In this document: one piece after another, positions 11,521 through 27,063 of the stretch | How positions within the stretch are numbered: the first letter of the stretch is position 1 | Layout: every line of letters begins with the position of its first letter | From: Tubiluchus corallicola | Lineage: Eukaryota; Animalia; Priapulida | NCBI GenBank assembly: GCA_030141605.1 | Contig: JAQGDQ010000283.1 | Coordinates: 236,321 to 300,320, forward strand | Direction of reading: 5' to 3' | Length of the DNA stretch: 64,000 nucleotides | Made by a program: the position numbers and the translations under genes | The notes under the pieces: model-generated | Seen by the model: only the letters and a program-made list of their open reading frames with translations | What the model was told of the DNA's origin: nothing | The model's database searches: none

Positions 11521-14500
11521 AGGCATGATTGAGCGATAAAAAACTTGACTATGCACTGTAGGGTTCAAAATTCAACCAGCTCAGCTGCTTGTTTTAATTT
11601 ATGAGTTTATTCAGGCTGAGATATTTCATTTTAATTACATGTAGTGTGCAGATTTTACTGTAATTACCTCTCAGTTATCTAGTATTTGGCAAGAATGTCT
11701 GAAATATTTTTTTTAAATACAGGTACTTATCCTTTTTTTAAAAAAACTTGAGAAATTTAAAACATTCTAAACATAATTACATCAGATATGTTAATTAGCT
11801 TTTATTAATTAGTAGGTTAAGATGATTACTACAATTATTGTAATTAAGATGCTTATGTATGTAAACAAGATTTACTTTGGAAAAAACTGAAGGTTTTCTG
11901 AGCATCGTGTCTTTACGGAACATTTTTATCTTTCGCTCAATATTAGAGAAAATTTTATAGCGACAGCTGTCTTACTGATAATTAATACAACAAACAATAG
12001 AAAGCAACAGCAAAACCTTAACTGCTGATATCTGAAAGACGTACCTTCTCAAACTGCACTTACGTTTGAGCTTAATGACGTAGCTACTTCGATTTACTTT
12101 TGAGCTTAATAACAGTGTAGCTACTTCACTTAGAAAAGTGATTTTGTTGTCAAACTGTATAGAATTTAGCGGAGAAGGAGATAGTAATATTAACTGTAAA
12201 TTCAACTCCCCTTCTTTAACTAGTTTTGCAATGAAATCTCATTGTCATAAATTTTGTGAAATGCTACAAGCTTAGTAGCTAGTGGGTCATTTGTTATTTG
12301 TTTACATGATGTTCTTTCCATGCCAAATTTATGCAAACTGAAGCAGAAAAGTCACCATTCAAATATTTGCTGTGTGAAAAACGGTTTGTTATTAAGAAAT
12401 GCTATAACTATAATATAAAAAAAACTTGTATGAAACCTAGATGTTTAATGAGCCAAAAAAATTAGGCGACATCCTGCTAAATTTGGAGCAGGAATCGAGA
12501 TCACGCTTGAAATAACAGATCATGTGTCCTGCTTCAATCAGAAATTGAATCATGCAGAATTCCTAACTTTACTCATGTAGATAGTACATGACTGTTGGAA
12601 TACCAAGAAATATTTAAACAGAATTGAATAAAATGGCCAATTGTGTGTATTCTGAAATTTCTGAACAATTAAAACTTATTTTAAAAGATATTCTGCTTTA
12701 CATACAAAAGGATAATTGCATGCTCAATATTTAATGGTTAGATGTACAAATTCTGAATGAGACTGTATTCTTTCTGCATGAATAAAATATAATTGTAGTA
12801 GTGATCTATCAAATTAATGAAAATATATTTCGATTTAATTGAATGTTATTGCTGACACCAAGGTTATAAATTGTTTATGTTGTATGTTTGCATATTATTA
12901 GCTGTGCAATACTACTAGCCTTAGTAGCCTGCAGTTGCTTGGTCCCATAACTTTATTCACTAGCTTTCACCCCTTTTGCACAATAATTTGCCGTTCCAAG
13001 TCTTTTTGGAGTTTGTTGAGCAGAGCTCTCCAGTCTGCTTGTTGTTACAGATGTTATCAATGTGCATAGCACATGTAAGGTATACTTGAAGCTTACCCAA
13101 TAAGATCCCCAGCCTCTCAGCTTCCTTGGTGGAGTCATTACGCATGGGTGTTGTGTACTCCAATGGTTTTTGTGAAAAGTGAAATAGGTGAAATTACTAC
13201 TTGCAAGCTATCGTAAGCAAACATTTGCCCCAGAAATTACCATTTACGCGAGCAGCAGAACTTTGGGAAACCACCAAATGCAGTTTATTTAAGTTCATGA
13301 CTGTTACATTTCAGTTAACTGAGTTTTTATTAACCTACTTACAATTAAATTACAAGAATTAATTTGCACCATATTTTATCTTTTGATGACATTAGATATA
13401 GAAATAGACATAGAAAACTTTTCAGTTTTGAGAATAAATCTCATTTTTGTCAATTTCTCGCTTCATGTCTTTGTGTTTAGTACATTCTATTCTCATACCA
13501 ATAGGGGTTTTTTTTCCTAAATTAGTGTAAATTTCTGGATTTTCGATGAACTATTTTTTGGCATTATTAATTACAAAAATTTTTTAGTAAGTACCTTATT
13601 GCACTAATAGAAAACTGTGGTTTTAAAGTTTTTAGTAGTACCTTACATTAGTTATTTTTATTTCTACTTTTCTTTTGTTGCAGAAAAGTTACTTTTTTCA
13701 TCAGGACATTGATTCTAGGACATTTCAATCAGATGTATCACTATTGTTAATTACAATTATGCAACGTTGTAAGTGAGAGGCAATGCAGCCATCAATTCCG
13801 CTGAGTCTTTAAATGTAGGATACTTTATTGGTCAAGCTATTATCAAGCTACTAACTCCTTCAACAATAGGGTTAAACAGGAGGCATATGCATGCAGTTTT
13901 GAGTTTTTGTGCTTCTAAGCTCGTTTATTACAATAACTGCTGTCAAATTGTGATAGCAAAATTCATATCATTCATTTACATGATTCCTCATAGTAATTAT
14001 CGGCAGATGATAGTGACAAAATGACAGATTTTGTGCAATAAAGTAATTAAATCAGCACTCTGGCATGCATTCTCATTCTCGTTAGAAAACTACAATAAAA
14101 CAAGTAATTCAAACCACAATAAACTTAAAATGATAAAGTAATTATGAAGTTGTTTATTAAAAGTAATATAGATTGTACACAAAATGAACATAGTAATATG
14201 TAATTTATCAATGGTTTACAACATTTGGCACATTTAAATGAAATGAAATGGAAAATGTGCTTATCAGGTGTATAAGTTCAGAATGAGGACATGCCTTTGC
14301 AAATTGAAGGTACGAAGGATTTGATGAATTCACAATTAAACATCGACTTGGAACAGTTGACTGAAAGTCTAAATAAACACATACGAGGTTTAGTGAGCAA
14401 GAAATTGTGCTGTGTTTGGACTTTGGTATATAATTTTACTAGCTAGTGACAACTATTATAATCATAATTATTTATTTACAGTAAAAATGCTTAAGAAAGT

Positions 14501-17500
14501 AACTTAGGCCTGCAATAATTATATACAACTATACAAGTATTTGACATAAAATTAATATAAACATTTAAATTAGTTACACACATGGCACAGTAAAAATGAG
14601 CATTCAGAAACTTGGTACATTTTGCGGTTTTTGATTATGCTTTTGCATATCAAGATAGTGCATTTAGCACTGTAAAGAAGTGCAGACTTTTAGAAATGAC
14701 AAGTACATGTATAAAACCTTACCCATTTTTTACATTATAACAAATGGGATGTAACAATTTAAAGGTCTACAAAGTACTAGTATAACAATTTACTATAAGA
14801 ATACATTGGCAGTAAAAAACCGTTACAAACTAACATCATTACACAAAAATAAGGCTTTTTTATACTGTATGGACATCACAGAAAAACATTTCTTTTTTGC
14901 ACGTTTATAGTTAAGGAAACACTGACCACAAGTAACTTTATCTGTAAAATGCACCGTCTATGCATTTACATACATGTAGCTCTATATGTCTGCAACTAGT
15001 CTGACGTCATGTTCAGCTGGAACTAAATTTAGCAGTTTAAAGCTTTAGTAAAGTCCAGCAATACGTTCCTGGTGGGGCAGTGTTACAGTTACTCAGACTG
15101 TGACTCAGTTTTTCACAAGTAAAAATAATTTAGTTATAGTTTATTATGCCCGTAAATAAACAAAGCAATTTATCTTCACAGTAGCATGGTTAACATGTGT
15201 ATCAACGAGGAGTGCAGGATGCAATGAATTCCACATTCTGGGCATCTCTTTGCAAAACATATTAAGCCACAAGAATGATAATCTTATTTGGATTTCTGCT
15301 GCTGATGAGTTTACACAACTAACAGAAAACGTATAACATTAAGCGTAAGCGTGTAGATTTTGTTGCATTTAAATAAGACACGTGGCACGGCTTTCACACA
15401 GTTCTTTGATCTGCTGAATAAACTGCATGTTACAAATTATGATACGAATATGACGCTTTTAAACAACTACATTTTGTGGCAAAACGTTTGACATAAAAGA
15501 CTGCCTCCTAAATATTTTCTACATTTTTTTCGACAAAATTGCGTTACGTAAGCAACACAAAATCATGTAGTTCAAAATCTTACTTGTAACTGAGTAATTC
15601 AACATACCATGATAAAAACAATAACTCGCAAGACTATACTATAACGTCGAGTTCTTATTGTGATGATTGTACTTTATCAAAAAATTATTTTATATTCATT
15701 TAATCACTAGGCGTATATAAACTAGCTAACTCTTCATATTGAGTTCCTGTTTGAATATTTGAAAAATTACTAATTTTTGTGCTTCGGAGTCTGAAATATG
15801 GTTTTTAAAAAGATAAAAAAGTTTGTCAATGAAATGAATGTAACCAGATAATCATTTCTTCAGTTAAAAGGCAAAGACAGTTCAGTTAAGCTATATAAAA
15901 CAGTTTTTGTCATAAGCTTTATAGCATTGCATAAAACAGTCAGTTCAATATACAGTAGTCGGGTAGCATAGCAATAAATGTGACCGATTTTTCAAGTTAT
16001 TTTTATAAGTTTCACATCTAGCATACCACCACATATAGAGTAATCATGGAAAAGACTTTCCAACATGACGCTTCAAAAAAAAGGAAAGAAACGCGTTCAT
16101 CTCTGAACAGCTGGCGTATTATTTTACGTAAACGCGCACATTAGACACTATTTATGTTCATCTCGGGTATGCTGGGCTCTTGACAAAGCACAGAGAGGGG
16201 CTTTGGCTAATCTAGCTTAGCGCCAGTACTAGATTATAAACATCATCGAGTTGTTTTAAACAGCAAATGGTGAGGTTGCAAGCTCAAATACTGCTAATGA
16301 GCGTGGATAATAATTTTAAACATATTGAGAAAGCAGTTTAATGTACAGCTGGTTTCTTAAGGTTTATTCACGGTAATACTTGAAAAGAAAGCATCAATAT
16401 TTGTGTAAAATTTCGCACAGCATGCGCACTTATAAACAAAGTTCTACCCACTACTTTTGTTTACACTATTCACAATTAGAGCTTGCGATGCTGTGAAAAC
16501 AGGTTTTCTTTTCTAAATAATATTTTGCCTTTTGTGCAATGGAGTATAAAAAATAATGTTTAGTAGATTATAAAGCCAACTCTACGATTATAACTAATTA
16601 TTAACTATTGCCACAAAACGAAATAATCCTCAAACAATTTTTGCTTGGTCTAGTCACAGTCATGCGCTGCAGAGATAACTCGTTTTGACCCTGCGCGAGT
16701 TTGCTGTCGTGCTTGGCAAATCTAAAAAACACATAATGCATTCACAGGTGGTAACTTATTCTAGCACTTCGATTAGGCGTACAATACAAAGGAGATACTG
16801 CGTAAACGTGAAACAATGAGACAGCTTCCTCGGTACATAGTAACTGTAATTACAATGAAGTACCATTTACGTTTCTCGAGTAAACCAATGAGATAAATTG
16901 TTAAAGTCTGAACTAAGCAATATCACAAGCGCCAACAATAACCAAGCCTTACAATTATAAGTAGCCATAAAAGACAAAAAATGAAATCATATTTATGTAT
17001 TCAAACATTAGTTTGCTAAATACAACATGTCAAAGAGCCCCAAATAAAGACTCAAACAGCTTCACGAATAGTTTTAGCTGTTTCATTTGAACAAGAATGC
17101 GATGAGGTAAGTGGGGACTGAGCAACCAGGCTGAAACCACAAAACTAGCGGGCTACCCAAAACTACCCATTCAGACATCTCCTAATCGGTTGCATCTGTA
17201 TCTGCATGACCAGCGGGCAGATAGGAATACTTGACCAATCTATCTGGAAACCCAACCGTGTGGAGACTTTTTGCAATGCAACACCAAATAAACAACATCT
17301 ACCCAGAAACGTTTTGACTATGCGCCCCATGAGGGGTGCTTAATTGACATCGACGCCGCTTGAAAGACATCATTCGGAATCCATATCCTAAAAACACCAA
17401 TCAGTGAAGCATGTAATAAATATTGAAACCCTAAGCGCATTTTGAATATTCCGCCTTTCAGAACAACTAAAGTATTAAATCACTCTTGCTGAAACTCATA

Positions 17501-20500
17501 AAAAATTTTCATTCCAATGAAGGATCATAATTAAAGTCAGATGGAAAACTTTGTATAGCCACCATTCGATAACCGTATGTCGGCCATCTTTACAATTTAG
17601 AACCCAAAAACGATTACACGCTTTGTGTTTACACGTGTTATTTTCTATAGCCATTTTAATCAGGCGCCCCTGGCCAACACATTTTGGGTGAATGCGAAGC
17701 ACATATGGGCCGCACCTCGTGTGCTCCTAGTGGGATAGTGGCACGGTTAAACGCGCAAATGTAGGATGTTGAAAGACTGATACAAGCTTTCAGATGAATT
17801 TAGTTCTATTGAGTTTTACGAGGATTTGGAGAACGCAAATTTCAGTTTCTTATACAAGCGATCTCTAAAGGTGGCCAGACAAACACACTTGTGCCTACGG
17901 GTCTGGCTTCTTAAAAATTTTGGCCTTATCTCATTAGGTTTCTGCTAAATTTGTCAACTGAAAAGATGAATTCCAAATGAGAAGTTGAAATCTGCTGAAA
18001 TCCAAATTATTGGCCTAATGCCTCAAATACCAAAAATACGTAAGAAGTCGTTAAACTGACCCCTGTCCAGCTATCCCAGGTGATCAGTGATCGCTGGGAG
18101 AGAATTTATCATTTACGGTCATATATCATTACGCGACGGCCACAGCAGGTTCTCCTCCACAACTAGTCAACAACATATCAAAATGTCAGCCACATACAAA
18201 ACTGCTGATGTACCCAAATATTTGCCATGTTATCTGATATGTTAACAATGAGTCCACTCATAGCAGGAGCTCACAGCATGTGTGAAACCATCGCCTACAG
18301 TACATTCTTTGAAGAACTGTCCCAGCTGTTGGGTTACTGTTGAACTTGGATGAATTTGCAAACATCTAAGTAAAGAGACTGACCGACTGAGAAGATGTGG
18401 TACAAATATGTGGTACAACTGATAATGACTTGAAATGCACTATAATAATTTACTCTTCCTGGCTTCCTACAAGCCGTCTGGCACACAAAGAAGCCGCTTT
18501 TTGTGCAACTAGCTCACATGTCTTTGAAAGCTATATAGCCCTAGATGGAGGTCACATAATGGCATTTTCTGGATGGACAAAAACTGGACAATATAGTACT
18601 GCCCATCCTCACCATCCAATTACTTACCAGAGCCATCTTGAAGTAACCTGTTACTCAAGGCAATTAATGAAGAGAGGGATGACATGAGGAACTGTTGACC
18701 AAATGCTAATTAGCAAATTCTGTTCCATAAAATACTGCAAGTTCTCTGTAATACAGCTCCACTCACATTGATTTCAACAAATTTCAAAGAAATTAATCTA
18801 GTACCTACTGGACTCTTTTAATGTCTTTTGTCTCATGAGCAATTACTTTCAGTGGACTCAAGTAGTAAGATATCAAATTCTGGTGCTCGTGTCAAGTTAT
18901 ATACATATATTTATCTATAGGTAATTGTGGAGTTTATTGCCATATTAAGTGTAAAGTGTAAAGAATTACTAGTTAAAGCTCTAAAGTTTAAACTGTAAAG
19001 TAATAAAAACTACATAAACTTAAAAAAACATAGGTAGATAAAATTCACTAAGATTTTACAAACTCAACTAAACATAAAGTTCTGTTAAATTCCATCTCGT
19101 CTAGCGTTCTCCTTCAACTTTTTCTACTTGCCGCATGAGCCCGCAATAACAGACATTAGTTACAACAGAAGTAAAAAAATACTGGAATTTTTTAAAACTT
19201 TTTCATACGAACAGGTGTTAAATACCAACCAAACATTCGCAGATCGTTAAATTACGTATATGGCGCATTAGTACCCCCTACAATAATAGTCTATAGACTA
19301 ATCTTGATAACTTTTAACGACTGAAAAGCACCAGCGATATTGAACAACCTCCCGCAGAACTTAATCACACACTCCCTCTTTGAATCATTGTACAGTACCG
19401 GAGAATACAGATCACACTGAAAACTCTTAAAAGTAATGACTGACGTAACAGATGCCACTGAACTTGCTGGAGAGATTAGAAAAGGATTTAGGCTTTTAGT
19501 TTAAATTTTTTTACAAAAATTCCTCGAGGCCTAACAAGCGGAATCGATTCAAGTTTTCAGGTATTTGTACGTGAACAGACCGTCCTTGAAATTTAAGTAC
19601 TTTCAATAACATAAAAAGTTCACTAGAATGTTCAGTCAAATAATTTTCTTATTTATAATAGCACTAGACACATTTTCACTATTGCCAAATTAGAAAATTT
19701 GAGAAAACCAAGAAAGAAAGCAGAATCTACAAGGTGCTGCGTAACAAGATGCTTCATTATTCCGCACAATGGACATTTATTCCAAGCTCCTTTTTCGAAC
19801 AATACTTACAGTATTCTTATTTAGAGAATATCTAAAATGTGCTTGTCCTGTAAATTGTATTTTGTTTGATACTTGAACTTTTTACATGAACTTGAAGCTA
19901 ATGCACCCCAGCCAATAACAACAAGGCCGCTTAATTTTCTCAACTGTGAATAGCCATGATACTTCGCGCGGAACATCAACAACAGCTCCCAAACTAGCGA
20001 CTTCGCGTAAAAAATCCCGCAGGGTGCTGCGTACGTAATAAGCAGCAGCTGCATTAAGGTATTTGCTGGATGATCAAAAGCATAATCCGCACTGATGGCT
20101 CCCTCGTCCATCAAACTCGACGCGCTTCTACATTACAGAATAGACGAGATACACGAGCGCCGGAAGCTTGTGCATTCTTGGGCTTCTTACAAGCCATCGT
20201 CTTTGCAAAGAAGCCAGACTAGTGCTACGGTTTGCGCAAAGCGTGATACCTTATCTGCAAAGCTAATGACGATCCCACCCAGCGCTACCGACGCACAAGT
20301 GTTAAATAATAATAGAACATTGACACCTAATCGAGTCAACTCTGTTCGTCCGTGATTCTGCAGCTTCATCATGTATTAACACATAAAGTTAACTTCTTTG
20401 GTAATTAAACAAATAATGAAGCAGGCAGAAGCGATAACTGTACACATTACAAGATCAAAACGGTGTTTTAACTCTCAAAGATTTGACGTATAAAATTACC

Positions 20501-22170
20501 AGTAATCTCAGACTATTTCAGTACTGCAACAAAAAGTCGCTAAAATTATTTTAAATGCCATTTGGACCATAGGACAAGGAGAAAGCATATTTTGGTGGCA
20601 AAATAACTACAAGTTATATCTGCACTGCACAACGCATGGTTAACGTCTTAGTTATTTCTAAATTACTCTGTCTGTCAGTCAGCTAGGGTTATTTACAGGA
20701 GTGTTAGCAAAGCCAAAATCCCCTCAAAGCATTACTTGTTCTGGCTGTGTTCTAATATTACACATTTTTCATAACACACACATTGCTTGGTGGTCTGGCA
20801 CAGCATGAATTTGGCTAATTTTTCTTTAAACGTCTAGCTTATACAGTACAGCATTTCCACGCTTTCAGTTGAAAAAACAAGGTTCACACGTTCCACGATA
20901 CCAGACAATTTTTACATTTAAAAAACGTTCTGCAGATCATATTAGTAGACTCTTGAGCGTTGTAGTGCATCTAGCCAAATGAAACATGCACAGAAAGAAA
21001 GCCAGCACTGTTGTTGACAAGTTTCACAATAAGTCTAGTATATGTATATGTATAATACAAAATGCGGTCAGTTTACAAGTAATAAATGGTTTAATTGATG
21101 ACTGCATGAAAACAGAGGCAATTACCTTAATAAACATTATATAAAATGCAATAATAATAAAAAAAGTTGACAAAAAACTGGCACGTTTTAAAAAACTGAT
21201 GTATCTACTAACAGTTTTCCTGTTAATAAAATTTGGGATGTACAGTGAAGATAAATTATATACAATAACAAAGAGAAAATATGCAATAGTATAGAAAACA
21301 ACACATAATACAAATTAAAGTAATATGTCTGTACATCAACAAAAAAATATGAGAAAGTAAAAAAAGAAGGCATAAAATCCCATAAAATTGTGTATAATTG
21401 CCTGAAATTAGTCTTTACCAAAAAGCCATATGCTAGGGTGTTGTTATAATTGCCCAAGCTCCGCAAAAACCAATTTCTTTACCGTGGCATCAATCAAGTT
21501 ACCCGAGAGATCACCAAGCTAGATGTCATTGTACTATTCAGAGAAGAAAATTGGGTGGGACAATTGTCTAAATTCCCAGAACGGTCTACGTAATCTCATC
21601 ATTGCAAAAAATTAACCTGGTACACACAGACTAAGGCAGCTTGCTACCATTTTGAGCAATTAGGCTGCATAACTGTGAGATGGAGAGAGCAAACATAATG
21701 TAAGCCTTTCCCACTCACAGCTTACTGAGTGTTCCCATATGCTAAACTTAATTTAACCGGTTCAACATATCTGAACAACGGAATTAGAAGGTAACACATA
21801 ACCTTCAACTTTATTAACTGAACTAAACGGCAATTCTCCAATCCAAAGCATGCTAAAGATGAAAAAAGATCGCAAAATGTCACCTGATCCTTTCAGTAAT
21901 CATTTCATAACTTTGAATTGTCTCTGTGCAGACGTTGTTGGTTCATTGGAATATTTAGCTGATTACTCTGTAAGAGAATAGAAAGGAGAGATACATAGAA
22001 TGAAAGATGAGCACAAGAAAGAAGAACATGCAAACAACATAAAGAATGTTGCACTAGAAGATAATACAGGCATAGCTGAACATCACATGTATACTTCAAG
22101 TTTCAGCATGTTTCTCTTACTAATGATCACAGTTACACAGAATTGAGTCAGAACATGTACACTAAATCAC

Positions 22171-22300
<130 letters not shown>

Positions 22301-22414
22301 AGTTACAGAAGAAATAGATTCGCTAACAGATTTTCAAAGTATGGGTAATTTGCTGCCTTTTGCTTATTATATAAATTCGCTCTAAAAAATCAAATGAAAT
22401 TTTGACAGATAGTA

Positions 22415-24789
22415 CTAAACATCCAGAGACATAATCTGATTAGTATCACTTACATCTATGTAGTCGTAAGCACGTGGAGTAACTCTAGGGTTCGTCCGAT
22501 GAGGACGCACTGTAATTGGAGGACTAGGTGGTGCTGGTTTTGGTCGTGAATACGGTGTTCCACTTCGGTGAGGTAACACTGCTTCTTGTGGGAGAGGCAC
22601 CGTTGGGTATCCCTGGTACGGAGTTGTGCTGCGCTGCTGTTGTGATGTTGGATCAGGAACATAGCGTGGCTGTGATGACGGCATCGTGCTGATACCTCCA
22701 TTCATATGATAATGTGAACTGGGGTGGACATTGCTTCGACTTCCAAGATTACTGACCGATCGAGTCGGCGGTGCTGGCGGCTGCTGCCGCATTCGAGCAT
22801 CACCTGTTTGATACAACAATGAAAATTAACACACCCTGCTCATAAACTTTTTACCTGTAATCCCCCTATAATCCCACGTATCAATTAAAGGTAAAACAGC
22901 TGATTACTGCTACTTACCATTGCACCTGCTATCTTTGGCTTGTTGTATTATCTACTCCACAAATTATTAAACATAATTTTGAGGCTTCAAGACATCAAGC
23001 AAAGAACTTTTGTGAGAAGTCTTCCAGCCAATTAAAATACCTCAAAACTTCAAAATCTCATTAATAATCTCACAAAAATCTTTCGCATAATCATTTCTAA
23101 TACATGATAACAATGCTGAATGACAGTAGTCAAACAGGTTTAGGAAAAAAAATCTATCACTGTGCAGTATTATGCAAATACCTTGATTAGACAACAGCAC
23201 TGTTGGTAGATTTCCCTGCGAAGTCTGAAGACGTGCATACGCCGAATAGGGATCTTGTCCAATGCGCCCGTACCCATACTGTTGCCGTCGCAATGCATCA
23301 GAGAGATCCTCCATGTCATCATCCACGACCCGTGGTTGTGACCCCATGTGGCTGCCAGCATATGCCTCCCGGAAAGTTTTGTATGTTGGCGACCCACTCT
23401 GATAGAGGTTGGCATTCTCCAAAGTTGCATCATCAAGGTAAAAACCTCGACTGCCTGCAACCGTTTTGTCGACATAGATGCCACCGCCACCTTCTGAGAA
23501 GTCATCCCTGGCCAGGTCATCCATGTGGCTGTACATTTCGACAGTATTCGACTTACTTTCTGTTTCGACAACAGCTGGAAATGCATTAAATTTTCAACTT
23601 TTATTAAAACTACTAAGAAATCTGTTTTTTACACAAAACATATAAGTAATATATGAAATGAATTTGGTCATTTTAAGCAAAATTTTTTGTTAAACAACAG
23701 CTTCAACAGTATCAGTACTGTACCAATATACAGGGCTAGCAAGGACCTTCAACAAATTTCAATTTTGAATTGATATTATCATGTTATCAAATACATTTCT
23801 AAACATAAGTTCTTGCAGCATGGAGGCAAACAGTTTGTAATCTGTTTTATTACACGCCAAAACTTTTTGTGATCTAATCAGGCAATTTTCACACACTGCA
23901 TCTAAGAGAGTATTGTTAACATATAAGTAATATATGAAATGAATTTGGTCATTTTAAGCAAAATTTTTCGTTAAACAACAGCTTCAACAGTATCAGTACC
24001 GTACTAATATACAGGGCTAGCAAGGACCTTCAACAAATTTCAATTTTGAATTGATATTATCATGTTATCAAATACATTTCTAAAAATAAGTTCTTGCAGC
24101 ATGGAGGCAAACAGTTTGTAATCTGTTTTATTACACGCCAAAACTTTTTGTGATCTAATCAGGCAATTTTCACACACTGCATCTAAGAGAGTATTGTTAA
24201 ACTAGTGGAATTGATCTCACTACTAAACCAACTATTTTTTATAAATGGCCAACTTTCCAGTACGTTTTCTAAATATACATATATATTTCCCAGCTAGACC
24301 CACAGGTTCTACTTCCACAAATTTAAATCTTGCAATTCTGATACAGGTACACGGTCTGTTCGGATGGAAGGCAGGAAGAGACGACACTTATTTACATAGC
24401 AACAATGCAGCTGTGGCCAAACATTGACGCAAATATCCCCCTGTCAGTGCTGCTGAGTAGGCTCTAGACATGGAACATCCTGTGCTTGTATGCTAATGGT
24501 GTTTATGACAGCGTGATATAAATTTACATACGTAACGTGGAATGTGGAAAGAACGTGCACAAAAGAATGCATAATGCCTAGATTTTAAATTTTTATTATC
24601 CATGTTATTATGGTTTCAGGTTCCACATTGGTATCTATTTTTCTTACCTGCTACGTCTTAGCAACTTATACAATTTTTTCCAGAGAACGAATTCACATAA
24701 TCAACATTGATAGGGATACTGAAGTTATAATGGAAGTCAGCACATAATGGTAAACTTGAATACTTATGGAGAACTCACGAAATTCTCTC

Positions 24790-24863
<74 letters not shown>

Positions 24864-26979
24864 TCTTTTGCTCTCTCTCCCTCCCTCCCTCCCTCCCCTC
24901 TCTCTCTCTGTCTCCCCCGCACACTACTCCTGTCCTCCTCTGTTTGCCTGCCTCTTGTTCTGTTTCCTCTCTGCTCTACTTGCCCCTCCATCCCCACCAC
25001 TTCCCTCCCCTTTCCTTCTCTTCTCTCCTTCCTATCTTAATCGTCTGTTTCACTTCCTCCCTATGCTCTTCTGCACCCATCTTCTCCTTAAAAACGCCAA
25101 CACATTTAATTTTCCATTGCCCCTTACTAAGAACAGACGACACTCAACAACAAATCGGAATAGCTATGCCAAATTTTGATTTAAGAGATTGCCATCGAGA
25201 AAAAACTGCTTGTTATAAACTTGTAAATAGTGTTAAAGATTTGATTACTAAAGATGTTATGAATTAGATTGGAAATGCACTTTTCCTTATTTAATTATAG
25301 ATATTTGCATGAAGTTTGACTTATAAGTCACTATCTGTATGTATTTTGTTTCAGTATTATTATTAATCATCCAAACACATTGTAAATACACGTGATTTTT
25401 TTTAAATTGTTTTGTTTTCTTATTCACAATATTTTGCTTAGATCTTTGCATTAACTTTCTAGTCGCAATTTTAAATACGTAAATGTGCAAATTAGTAGAA
25501 TTTTTCCCTGCAAATAGAGGGGCTGTATTATTATTGCTTATAATAGTAAGAAATAAAGATTTATTTATTTCTTTTATATAAATGATATCCTTTACATAAC
25601 CTCCTCTAACTTTCACTGTCTCCTACGTCTCTCCCAAGTGCAAACATCTAAACAAACATTAAAGGAATTACTAGGCAAAGAATTTATTCTGTGGGTATGA
25701 TTAAAGCAATAACAGAACAAAGAATTTATGCTTACCATCTTCCAGTTTCTTCTGCTTTCTCCGTCGTATGAAGTAGATGATGAGTACGATATTGAAAGCT
25801 AGAAGTATGGCACCAGCTATACACACAGACACGATGATGATAAGAGGTATCTTCCCACTACCTCGCTTTACGGAAAGAACTGTAACAAAAAATAGTTAAT
25901 AAGAAAACAGGTAACAATTTTTAGTGATTACAAAACTAATATATGAGCATTTCGAATTTAAAAACGAAGGATGCGCTGTTGCGTAAATAACGGTGTTTTA
26001 ATCTCGTAATTGCAAAACGGGAAATGACAACAGATTCTTTGTCTCTTATTCGGAAACAAATGATTAGATGAACTCTTTGGCACTTTATTTTTTAAAACCA
26101 ATATATTTAATTCACTGTTGTTCGGGCTTTTCCACCAATTTCCTTGATAAAAAATATCACTTGGTATATGAAGCTGAAAATAATGAGCCCCAAGAACATT
26201 AACGGCACCAACCCAAAACGTTTGAAAGTAGACGTGCGCATCTGGAGTCAAGTCAAGTGAAAAAATGCACACATTGAGGCATTGTGCGAATCACAGTTTC
26301 AACAAAAAACAATTCAATTTTAATTTTGAGAAAGGACTAGGTTCACTCGTAAATGCTTTTGTTTACATTAGCAAAATGAAATACATTAAATTAAATTCTG
26401 AAGTTTAGAAATGAAATCTTTGAATGTTGCGACACCAGAGTGCACGGGGAGACAAGCTACTAAATAGTTACTGAGTGAGTCACTGTGGAATCAACTGCCT
26501 CCATAATCTCCCACATGCGTGATGCATTTCAAAAATTTAAACGGTTGAGAAAACAAAATGTGAGCGGCAATTTGAGAAATGTTTACAAACAAGCGCGGGA
26601 GAGTTGCAATCACCGATTCTTATAACTTGGCAGGAATGAGACTAGAAGTGTTTGCTTTAAAATCAGAAAACACACCGAAACTAAAGCGTCTGGTGTAAAT
26701 TATACACCATAATTAGTGCCGTGAGATAAGAAAATATTTTTGCGGAATGTTCTAAAATAACAATTACAAAACACCAATTTTATGCACCCAGATCAAGAAC
26801 AAAGTTTAAAAAAATGTACAAGAAAGTTACAGATTATACTGTTAGAAAACTAAACTCCGTGTATAACCATATTTATAATTACAGGAGATAGATGATAGAT
26901 AGACAGATAGATAGGTAGAGAGATAGACAGACAGACAGACAGACAGATAGATAGATAGAAGATATATATATATATATAT

Positions 26980-27063
<84 letters not shown>

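Noticed and set aside
12340-13210. Short ORFs and exon-like segments downstream of the transposase fossil
   Set aside because: No motif could be identified.
17040-18840. Higher-complexity stretch that might be a decayed retroelement
   Set aside because: No RT, endonuclease or integrase motif could be read with confidence.
19821-20372. Overlapping ORFs in a CpG-richer patch
   Set aside because: No homology cues or splice structure; likely chance ORFs or a repeat interior.
22917-22965. Possible micro-exon with a GTAAGT donor in the last nephrin intron
   Set aside because: Available acceptors give a frameshift or a stop.
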